Counted from the first letter of the stretch, positions 41,144-48,982 are shown. The stretch is DNA of 64,000 nt from IMGVR_UViG_3300005613_000002:1-64000, one strand, 5' to 3'. Numbers and translations: made by a program. Notes: generated from the letters alone by a model not told the origin.

Positions 41144-42772
41144 TTATGCGTTTACACTTATTTTATTATTTCTCTTAACTGATGATGTTGAAATACTCAA
41201 CACTTGATTTTCCAACCAACGTTTTGTATCAATTTCAAGTAGTCTTGCTTGAATTTGTGGTTGTATTGCTACTGGATTATTAACTGCCATTGTAACAACA
41301 TCTGAACCTAATTTCCTAACATCAGCACCCATTTCAGCACTAGTTATTGGTGAAATTTGATATATTGGGATATTGCTTCCAGATTCATTTCTCCAAATAG
41401 AAATTACCTCATTAGTTAAACCATCATATGAATTTTCATATCCATCAGTTAAGATAAAAATTGCATCATATGGTTTTGTTGCATCTTCTTTCTTCAACAA
41501 CCAAATAAATGTGCTTGCCAAATCAGTAGTCTCACCCTCAGTTTCACAAAAATTAATATTCTTTGTTGACTTAGTTAATACCCTTGCAGTAAAATCTGCA
41601 ATTGCTCTTGGTGTATTTTTTGATTCTACCTTGTTCCCATTCATTGAATTACTTCTATCTACAATAACACCAATATTTTTATAATAGAAATCTTTAATTT
41701 TTTTCTTTTCAGCAAGATTATCAATAGCTATTTTTAATTCTTCTGTCCAACCATTTTCATAACCTGTTTTATATAATGCAAGAAAATCAGTAGCTTTTTC
41801 AACATTTACATGTTTTTCAACACCCAATTTTGCTGTTGATTTAGTTTGACGAACTTGTTGATTAATTGATGTCACTTCAACATTTTTTCTGATTAAAGCC
41901 TTTGTTGCTTCTCTCTGAATTTTTGTTGACCACATTGAATGATATTGTGGGTGTTTCGTGCTTGAAACCAAACCTATCAATATTTCTTCAGGAACTGTTT
42001 TAATTCCATTAATATCGGTTTTTGCTTTTTGATAATCACTTAATAATGGAAAATCAGCCACATTATAATTTAAATTATTATCCATTTTAAATAAAAACAT
42101 CAATAATTTAAATGCACGAAGTGAATCGCCATTAAAATATTTCAAAATTAAATTATTTGCAATAGACATTTCTTTAGCATCACTAAACAAACCATTATTA
42201 ACTGCTTGTTTACTAGCAATTGAAATTAAAATGCTTGTCTTTTTTTGACCATAGACATGTTTTAATATTTCAGCAATTTTATTACGATATTTCAATGAAT
42301 AAAATTCAATATTTGATTGACCCCAAATATATCCAAGTATAATTTTCCTTGTTCTTTCGTTGTTAACTTTTAATTTTTTCAAATCCATAAACAAACGAAG
42401 CACATATGGAATACCATTTTCACCAAGATTATTCAATGCAGTTAGAACTGCTTTATCACAAACCCCATTATCATACCAATCAATTGGATTAACAATATTA
42501 CATGCACCACCTTTTAACGTGTTTTTAAACTCATTTAACAACACTTCAGATATATAACGACCAGTTGCACCCTTTTGAGTTGCAATAATCAATGGTAGCT
42601 CCTTTGAGAGATTATATTGACTATTAATCTGTGCACGTATAGCATTCAATTGTTCATCTCTACTGTGATAGTAAGTGGCACTACTCTTAGCACCAGAAGC
42701 AATTGTTAAGCCGTCTATCAAAGACTGTTTGATAGAACTAAGCATTCTCTGTGTTAATACCAAATTTTCCAT
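41144..42772 (-). CDS. TROVE/Ro60-like protein (helical N-terminal region plus C-terminal vWA domain)
   Basis: vWA MIDAS: VIVDRSNSM, TDLA, ILTDG; about 380-aa helical N-terminal region; size and architecture fit Ro60-like proteins. Confidence 0.65.
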   Translation of the reverse strand: MENLVLTQRMLSSIKQSLIDGLTIASGAKSSATYYHSRDEQLNAIRAQINSQYNLSKELPLIIATQKGATGRYISEVLLNEFKNTLKGGACNIVNPIDWYDNGVCDKAVLTALNNLGENGIPYVLRLFMDLKKLKVNNERTRKIILGYIWGQSNIEFYSLKYRNKIAEILKHVYGQKKTSILISIASKQAVNNGLFSDAKEMSIANNLILKYFNGDSLRAFKLLMFLFKMDNNLNYNVADFPLLSDYQKAKTDINGIKTVPEEILIGLVSSTKHPQYHSMWSTKIQREATKALIRKNVEVTSINQQVRQTKSTAKLGVEKHVNVEKATDFLALYKTGYENGWTEELKIAIDNLAEKKKIKDFYYKNIGVIVDRSNSMNGNKVESKNTPRAIADFTARVLTKSTKNINFCETEGETTDLASTFIWLLKKEDATKPYDAIFILTDGYENSYDGLTNEVISIWRNESGSNIPIYQISPITSAEMGADVRKLGSDVVTMAVNNPVAIQPQIQARLLEIDTKRWLENQVLSISTSSVKRNNKISVNA

Positions 42773-42859
42773 AGTTACATTTTAAACTTTAATTATTAAT
42801 AAAAATAACATTTACGAACAGTATTATACGTATTCGATTAAATAATGTTACAAAAATTC

Positions 42860-42920
42860 AAAAAAAAAAATGAGCAAAAATTTCAACGTAATTAAACATC
42901 AAATTTCCCGCCCATTGCTC
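42860..42920 (-). terminator. Long hairpin plus U11 tract between the ncRNA array and the TROVE-like gene
   Basis: Minus strand GAGCAA...AAAUUUGAUG/CGUUGAAAUUU...UUGCUC then AUUUUUUUUUUU. Confidence 0.55.
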
Positions 42921-42956
42921 TTTGTTTAAAAAAAACATTACTTCCTTACAAATAAA

Positions 42957-43047
42957 GGAAAGAAGTGTGATTGTATTTTTTGTACGTTTGTGTCGCCACT
43001 ATCTGGGCGACAAATTTCAATTTACTGTAAACACAATAAGTTCTTCC
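42957..43047 (-). ncRNA. Y-RNA-like element D (conserved stem plus GC hairpin, no tRNA fold)
   Basis: GGAAGAAC.UAUUGUGUUUACAGUAA...; AUUGUGUUU pairs with AAAUACAAU; inner UGUCGCC/GGCGACA hairpin. Confidence 0.6.
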
Positions 43048-43176
43048 ATAAAACAAATTTTTTGAAAAAAATCAATATTTTACTATTGATAAAAACCATT
43101 TTTAACCTACACATCATTTTACTGATGATTCAAATGTTAGGTGGGGTGATGTTTTTATAAACATCCAAAAAACTTT

Positions 43177-43329
43177 GGGAATATTTTTAAAGTATTTGTT
43201 GCTTTTTGTGTGCAAGTTTTAACGACTTGTGACTTTACCGTTTGTCTATATCCCCAATTTTATTTTTTATTGGTGGGGATAGAAGGATTCGAACCTTCAA
43301 TAATTACTGTAAACACTTATAGTTTTCCC
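43177..43329 (-). ncRNA. Y-RNA-like element C: circularly permuted tRNA (T arm-acceptor 3'-CCA-spacer-acceptor 5'-D arm-anticodon arm) inside the conserved stem
   Basis: GAAGG-UUCGAAU-CCUUC-UAUCCCC-ACCA (43298-43271) precedes GGGGAUA-UA-GAC...GUC-A-CAAGU-CGUUAAA-ACUUG (43255-43213). Confidence 0.8.
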
Positions 43330-43467
43330 TTAATATCTTTAACCTATTGAACTGTGTGTTTATGTGAGGCACTACTTGGAATGTAATTTATCAGTTTTAC
43401 TAGCCTTTTCATGTTCATTCAATTTAGGAATCCGTTTCCATTTTGTTTGGATTCTTAGGTCAAATTG

Positions 43468-43602
43468 TGGGGAGAATCGGATTCGAACCGATAATCTATT
43501 GATTTCAACTCAATTGCTTTAACCTATTACTGTAAACACTAATAGTTCTCTTTTAAAGAGTAATGAGATAGTATTATTTGTTTTTGTTTTTGCTATCTCC
43601 CC
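43468..43602 (-). ncRNA. tRNA-like element B with the conserved stem inserted in the D-arm (anticodon-loop triplet UGA)
   Basis: 7-bp GGGGAGA/UCUCCCC acceptor, AUUGA/UCAAU anticodon stem, AUCGG-UUCGAAU-CCGAU T arm; about 62-nt insertion after C11. Confidence 0.75.
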
Positions 43603-43835
43603 ATTTATTAAATCCTGTAATTTTAATTAATACTTTATGTTTCTCTCTTTTCAGTAGCGTACATATCTCGTTAATCCTAAATTACAGAATTATTTTTTTA
43701 AATCTAAGCACCATGCCATTTCATAGGTATTAAAACCGCCAAAATTGGGGGTCTGCTTAAATTTATTTCATTATTTTAAAGAACTTTAAGCCAGTTACGT
43801 TTACATAAAGTAAAGAGGCTTTACTGACTATCATG

Positions 43836-43923
43836 TAGCGGGAGAGGGATTCGAACCCCCGTTAAACCTTATTCAGGACTCCGTGCTTATGAGACAGGTG
43901 AGATACCGCTTCTCCATCCCGCA
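43836..43923 (-). tRNA. tRNA with CAU anticodon (Met or Ile2) and a 20-nt variable arm; no encoded CCA
   Basis: UGCGGGA/UCCCGCU acceptor, GAG/CUC D stem, CUCAUAA loop, GGGGG-UUCGAAU-CCCUC T arm. Confidence 0.75.
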
Positions 43924-43937
43924 ATATATTTTTTATA

Positions 43938-44064
43938 AAAGGATAGTTTATTTGTTATATGTTGTTTTTACAAAGTTGGATTTGAACCAACGGCATACTG
44001 CTTATAAGGCAATCACTCTAACCGACTGAGTTATTTGTTACTGTAATAACAATTAGTTTCCTTT
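43938..44064 (-). ncRNA. Element A: tRNA-Ile(UAU)-like cloverleaf (43967-44040) whose acceptor stem is extended by the conserved stem
   Basis: ACUC/GAGU D stem, AUUGC-CUUAUAA-GCAGU, GUUGG-UUCAAAU-CCAAC; outer AAAGGA/UCCUUU and UUGUUAU/AUAACAA pairs. Confidence 0.8.
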
Positions 44065-44108
44065 AATATTTTCATCATTTTATATGAACGTTTTGTCCTA
44101 AGACGATA

Positions 44109-44138
44109 CAAATGTAAACATTATTTTTTAATATACAA
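44109..44138 (-). promoter_or_regulatory. Bacteroidota-type promoter TTG-N19-TACATTTG upstream of the ncRNA array
   Basis: Exact consensus and spacing about 45 nt before element A; a GTATTTATA motif also lies at 44177-44185. Confidence 0.65.
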
Positions 44139-44224
44139 CACTTTTTATAAAAAAATTTAAATTATACGTCTGGGATTATAAATACATAAATAATTTCAAA
44201 AAGTTTATAAATTTTAATAAATTT

Positions 44225-46018
44225 TTATTCTTTTTTTGTAACCACTTGATTCTTACGTTCTTCGATTAGTCTATCTCTAATACTAATCTGTTTTGAATAT
44301 ATATCATCAGGGTCAATAAAATCATCTTCGGAAACCTCAACAATTGGTTCAGTATTGTTTTTTAGTTCTACTTTCTCATTTTCAATATTAATTGACTCAA
44401 CATCTGACTTAACAGTTTCATCCTTAATAAGATTAGCACCTTCTTTAATTGGTTCATTTTCTTTTTTTATCTTATTATATTGCTCCAACATATCATTTAG
44501 AGGCTCATTTACTGGTTCATTTACAGTATCATTATTTGCTTTACCAATAATTTCACCTTCAGTAATTTGACTTGCAGCAACATGTACTTTACTCATATTA
44601 CTTTCTAATTTATCAATATCTGTAGAATCATGATGTTTTTTACCTTGATTTAATTTATCGTATTTATATCTATCATCTTCAATTCTAATTTCCATTGTAT
44701 CATTATTGAATATACAATTTTCAAAAGTCTGTCCATCAGCAGCAAACCTAGCTTTAATAATTCTAATATTAGCTAATTGTGATACTTTTTGGTCTGGAGT
44801 TTTTGCAACACTCATAAAAAAGTGAGCTTTTTGTATTCTTTTAATACTACCACCACTTTGATGTGCTTCAACATATTCAGCATCAAAACCTGAACGATTA
44901 GATTGTATTGCAGTCCATGCTGGAATATCGAAATCAGAAGATAATGTCTCAAAACCTTTAATAATGGCAAGTTCAGCTTCATTCCTGTCTGCGGTTTTTT
45001 TATGTGATTCAAGACAATCAAGATAATCTAACACCAACATATCGAATTTATAACCAAATTTTTTCTCATGCGATAACATCCAATTACGTACATCAGTAAT
45101 TGTTGTATTTTCTTGACTAAATTTCTTGATTATTAATTTACCTCTGTTTGTTTCTTTAGCAACACCATGTATGATTTCTTTAATTTTAGCATTTTCAATA
45201 TCATCATCCATTTTACTTAATGCGACTTTTGACCATATTGTATAATGCTTACGTTTTACCTGATCTTTAGTATCTTCAAATATGATTTGTGCAACATTAT
45301 ATTCACCAAGATATGCTGTATTTGCAATTTTCGTTAAAATTGTTGTTTTACCAACACCACTAGGTGTAAGTATTACACCAATTTCACCTTTACCTAATCC
45401 ACCACCAGTTAATGAATCTATAACTTCAATACCTGTTGGTATTGTTTTCCTAAATTCTTTTCTCAATGTTCTATCAATATTATCGAAAATTTCCTCACAA
45501 TCATCACCAACTTCACCAATTAATGATACTTTTTGAAATTTTTCTTCAATTGTAGTTACTGTATGTTTATTTTTTATTTCACCAGATTTGGTTTTATCGA
45601 TAATAAATTCACCTAATTTTCTATATTCTTGTTGTTTAATGAAATTATTGGTAGCTTTTTGTACTACATCACCATCATTTAATGTTTTTCTATTAATAAC
45701 ATTTTCATTCCATAATTCAACCTGTTTTAAAACACCAAACAATACTTCACTTTCAATTTCATTATTTGGTGCTTTATATCTATTTATTGCTTGGCGTATA
45801 CTCTTATTTTGATAATTTGGGACTTTTTCAAATTCTCTATAAAATTCAATAATTATAATAAAAAATCTTTTAATGTTTGGGTCATCGAAATATTCAATTG
45901 CTAATGATGGTAATACTCTTTCAGCGAATTCTGGTTCAACCAATAATTGCCAAATAAGTTTCAATTGAAATTCATGCCCTAAATATGAAGTAATTGTATT
46001 TTCTGATGTTTTACTCAT
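44225..46018 (-). CDS. Replicative DnaB-like helicase (T4 gp41-like)
   Basis: TG...D.LTGGG...GEI.VI..PSGVGKTT, VLDYLD, WTAIQSNR, K.RF. Confidence 0.92.
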   Translation of the reverse strand: MSKTSENTITSYLGHEFQLKLIWQLLVEPEFAERVLPSLAIEYFDDPNIKRFFIIIIEFYREFEKVPNYQNKSIRQAINRYKAPNNEIESEVLFGVLKQVELWNENVINRKTLNDGDVVQKATNNFIKQQEYRKLGEFIIDKTKSGEIKNKHTVTTIEEKFQKVSLIGEVGDDCEEIFDNIDRTLRKEFRKTIPTGIEVIDSLTGGGLGKGEIGVILTPSGVGKTTILTKIANTAYLGEYNVAQIIFEDTKDQVKRKHYTIWSKVALSKMDDDIENAKIKEIIHGVAKETNRGKLIIKKFSQENTTITDVRNWMLSHEKKFGYKFDMLVLDYLDCLESHKKTADRNEAELAIIKGFETLSSDFDIPAWTAIQSNRSGFDAEYVEAHQSGGSIKRIQKAHFFMSVAKTPDQKVSQLANIRIIKARFAADGQTFENCIFNNDTMEIRIEDDRYKYDKLNQGKKHHDSTDIDKLESNMSKVHVAASQITEGEIIGKANNDTVNEPVNEPLNDMLEQYNKIKKENEPIKEGANLIKDETVKSDVESINIENEKVELKNNTEPIVEVSEDDFIDPDDIYSKQISIRDRLIEERKNQVVTKKE

Positions 46019-46092
46019 GTTATTAATAAATTATGTATGAAAGTGACTGCTGATATAATTAAAATATCAACAGTTACAACTGAATCTTAAAA

Positions 46093-46707
46093 CTAGTACG
46101 TTTTAAGATTTTTCAAAACATTTTGTCGTCTTGAAAATTGGAATTCTCTAATTTCACCAATTGAAAAACCACCATAATTTATCAAATCGTAATCATCCCA
46201 AATGTTTTTTAAATCGCTTGTTTTAATTTTAATAAAAATTTCATCAACAATATCATCAACCACATCAAGAACATCTAATGAATATCTTGCAACAGGATTA
46301 AAACCATCAACATAAAAAATTCTCTCAACTATTGGTTTTTGATTAATATATAAACCAATTTTACATTCAACACCCCTAATCACCTTATTATTACCATTTG
46401 AATCTAAAACCTTATATGTGATAGATTGTGGATTGTATCTCATACTACGTCTTTGTTCGTATGGATACAATTTAATCATATTTTGATTATATTGATAGAA
46501 ATCCAATTCATCAGAAAATACTGTCTCATAACTATTTTTTGATAATATTTTTTGTAATCGAGTTATTGCGCTTGGTAAAATGTCCCTAATATCAATCGAA
46601 TATCTAGTAAGTGGGTTAAAGTTATCAGCATTAAAAGCACACTCACATAATAACACACCCTTTTGATGAAGGGTAAACCTAAATTTATTGTTATCTCTCT
46701 CTGTCAT
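46093..46707 (-). CDS. Hypothetical protein with internal duplication
   Basis: FNADNFNPLTRYSIDI and FYVDGFNPVARYSLDV are two copies of one motif. Confidence 0.7.
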   Translation of the reverse strand: MTERDNNKFRFTLHQKGVLLCECAFNADNFNPLTRYSIDIRDILPSAITRLQKILSKNSYETVFSDELDFYQYNQNMIKLYPYEQRRSMRYNPQSITYKVLDSNGNNKVIRGVECKIGLYINQKPIVERIFYVDGFNPVARYSLDVLDVVDDIVDEIFIKIKTSDLKNIWDDYDLINYGGFSIGEIREFQFSRRQNVLKNLKTY

Positions 46708-46774
46708 TATTAAAAATTGATTATTAATATCTATTACAAATATACCTTAGAATTTTATTAAAAGAAAGTCTTTT

Positions 46775-47827
46775 TTATAAAGTAACTTTATTATTTTTCA
46801 GATATTCCATAAGTAATTGTTTCTCATGTGATATGACTGTATAGAATGGTTCAACATATTGTACAAAAGTACTACCATACACACTTAAAAAGTCATCTTC
46901 CATCATCATTTTATATAAATTCTTACTTCCCCTATCTTCAGGAGATAATGGTAATTCTAATGATAGTAATGCTTCATCAGCATTTTCATCAAGTAATGGC
47001 TCACGTAAATTAACTAATTTAAAATTAGTTTTTAATTGTGGTACACCATTTATTAAATTTTCAAAAACTTTTAATGGTTTCTTTTTATTTAAAACTCTTT
47101 CTTTATTCAAAGAATCTGCCTTTTGACAAATTTCTCTAACAGTCATAGTTTTAAACTTTAACTCTGGGAAATGTTTTAAAAGTGTATTTTCACCCATTCC
47201 TTTTATTCCATGCACATTATCAGCGGTATCACCACAAAGAATTTTCATAATTAATGCATTAGTATAATGGTGATTAAAATGCATAATATAATTTATTTTA
47301 GTCACAGGTTGACTAATATTTGGAAATATGATTGTAATATTTAAATCAAGTAATTGTGCAAAATCTCTATCATTTGAAAATAAAAATATTTCCTCAATAT
47401 TATTATATTTTAAACAATATGCAGCAATTAAATCATCACCTTCAATATTATCAACTTCAATTTGTCTTAAAAATAATTCTTCAACATATGCTTGAACTCT
47501 TAATCTTTGTTTTAATATTGATTCTTCCTTCTCTTTTTCCTTGCGTATTTCAGCAGCAGTTAATTCAATTTTCTTATGCCAATCCTTATTTTTTCGATTT
47601 GCTTTATAATCTCTATCAATACGATATCTATAAACACCACCACCTTCACCATCCCAAGCAACAACGACTTTATTAATCATATGTTCCTTAATTAACTTAC
47701 GTGTTGTGGTTATGAATTGATATAACCCACCAATATGTCCAAATTTCTCAGTGTGTATATCTTTAGCACCATGATATGAACGTTTAAGTAAATAAGAACC
47801 ATCAATTAATAAAGTACGTATTTTCAT
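46775..47827 (-). CDS. 5'-3' exonuclease / flap endonuclease (T4 RNase H-like)
   Basis: LLIDG, VAWDG, EGDDLI, SNDRDFAQL, GDTADN..GIKG.G. Confidence 0.92.
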   Translation of the reverse strand: MKIRTLLIDGSYLLKRSYHGAKDIHTEKFGHIGGLYQFITTTRKLIKEHMINKVVVAWDGEGGGVYRYRIDRDYKANRKNKDWHKKIELTAAEIRKEKEKEESILKQRLRVQAYVEELFLRQIEVDNIEGDDLIAAYCLKYNNIEEIFLFSNDRDFAQLLDLNITIIFPNISQPVTKINYIMHFNHHYTNALIMKILCGDTADNVHGIKGMGENTLLKHFPELKFKTMTVREICQKADSLNKERVLNKKKPLKVFENLINGVPQLKTNFKLVNLREPLLDENADEALLSLELPLSPEDRGSKNLYKMMMEDDFLSVYGSTFVQYVEPFYTVISHEKQLLMEYLKNNKVTL

Positions 47828-47830
47828 TGT

Positions 47831-48982
47831 TTATTCTTCAGATTTATCTGTTGGTTCTCTATCAATAAGACTTTCACTAAATGTTTCCTCTATAACATTA
47901 CCATCTTCATCCATTGGCTTTGACTTAAATTCAATATCATCAATAGTTAATGAATCATTATTAAATTTCTTACGGAAAAAAAGTATATGTTCTTTCTTAT
48001 AAGCATTTTCATTATCCTTATCACCATAAATAAAACCATGTGGTGTTGAAATAATTTTACCTTCTAAAGAAATACCACCCCAATCACCATCAACATGGTT
48101 CTTAGCAATATTAACTTTATTTTCAAAACCATAATTTAATTCACGTTTTAATGATGTTGCTGTTACTCTACGAGTTCCATGAGTTAAAATACCACCAAAA
48201 TGATAACTAAGTCTTGAACCAAAATAAGATACTTCACCACCTTTATGTTTAACAACCTTATTCATTGAATCATACCATATCTTCTGAACTGCTGCAAGTG
48301 TTGCTGTATATTCAGAATCAACTTTTCTAGTGCTTGGAATTGCGTGATTAAGTAATGACATAAATGTTTTCTCAAATGCTCCAGCATTCCACATATTATT
48401 ATCTGAGGTATCTTTTTCTAATGCATCAATTGTTTTTATACAATTTAATGTTCCGAATGAATCAATTGCGATAAATATGTTTCGAGGTAATTCCCCACTT
48501 TTTTGCATATCAAGAAAATCATAAATCGCTTTAGATAAATCTTCTATACTTGCCTCTTTTCTATCTTTATTTTGTTTAATTCCGTAATTATCAAGCAAAT
48601 ATTTATTATTAACTAAAAGATATTCACCATCCCAATCAAAACCCATTAATGTTAATCTTTTGTTACCTTCATCAATATTGTTTTCAGTATCAATTATGAT
48701 TGGGAAATCACCCATTTTCTGTGCATTTACAATTGATTTCATTAATGCTGTTGACTTACCAGTATTGGAATATCCACGAAAAAGTGTTACATATCCTCTT
48801 GGAACTCCGGGCATTCCAGTTGCCTCACGTAATCCATCATCAATCGGAATCCAAACTAATGGTTTAGATGGAACTTTATCAGCACCAATTTTTTTCTTAA
48901 AATTATCTAATGAGAATTTTTTTTTGGGTGTTGGTTTGCGCACCTTATCATTTGTAGGCACAGTAATTGTTTTTTTTGCCAT
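47831..48982 (-). CDS. RecA/UvsX-like recombinase
   Basis: GVPRG.VT...GYSNTGKST Walker A, IIDTE, IAIDS, KHKGG. Confidence 0.85.
   Translation of the reverse strand: MAKKTITVPTNDKVRKPTPKKKFSLDNFKKKIGADKVPSKPLVWIPIDDGLREATGMPGVPRGYVTLFRGYSNTGKSTALMKSIVNAQKMGDFPIIIDTENNIDEGNKRLTLMGFDWDGEYLLVNNKYLLDNYGIKQNKDRKEASIEDLSKAIYDFLDMQKSGELPRNIFIAIDSFGTLNCIKTIDALEKDTSDNNMWNAGAFEKTFMSLLNHAIPSTRKVDSEYTATLAAVQKIWYDSMNKVVKHKGGEVSYFGSRLSYHFGGILTHGTRRVTATSLKRELNYGFENKVNIAKNHVDGDWGGISLEGKIISTPHGFIYGDKDNENAYKKEHILFFRKKFNNDSLTIDDIEFKSKPMDEDGNVIEETFSESLIDREPTDKSEE

Noticed and set aside
42823-42853. TTGTAA-N19-TATAAT sigma70-like promoter for the TROVE-like gene
   Set aside because: The spacing is long and such hexamers are common in AT-rich DNA; kept only as a possibility.
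43177-43329. Element C as a two-piece tmRNA or evidence of stop-codon recoding
   Set aside because: No G3:U70 pair, it has a full D and anticodon arm, and I see no tag reading frame. Genes translate full-length in the standard code with both TAA and TAG used as stops, so there is no sign of recoding.
42957-44064. Repeated TTACTGTAAACAC motif as a CRISPR mini-array
   Set aside because: Irregular spacing (about 220-510 nt), short conserved core, intervening tRNA folds and no cas genes in the window.
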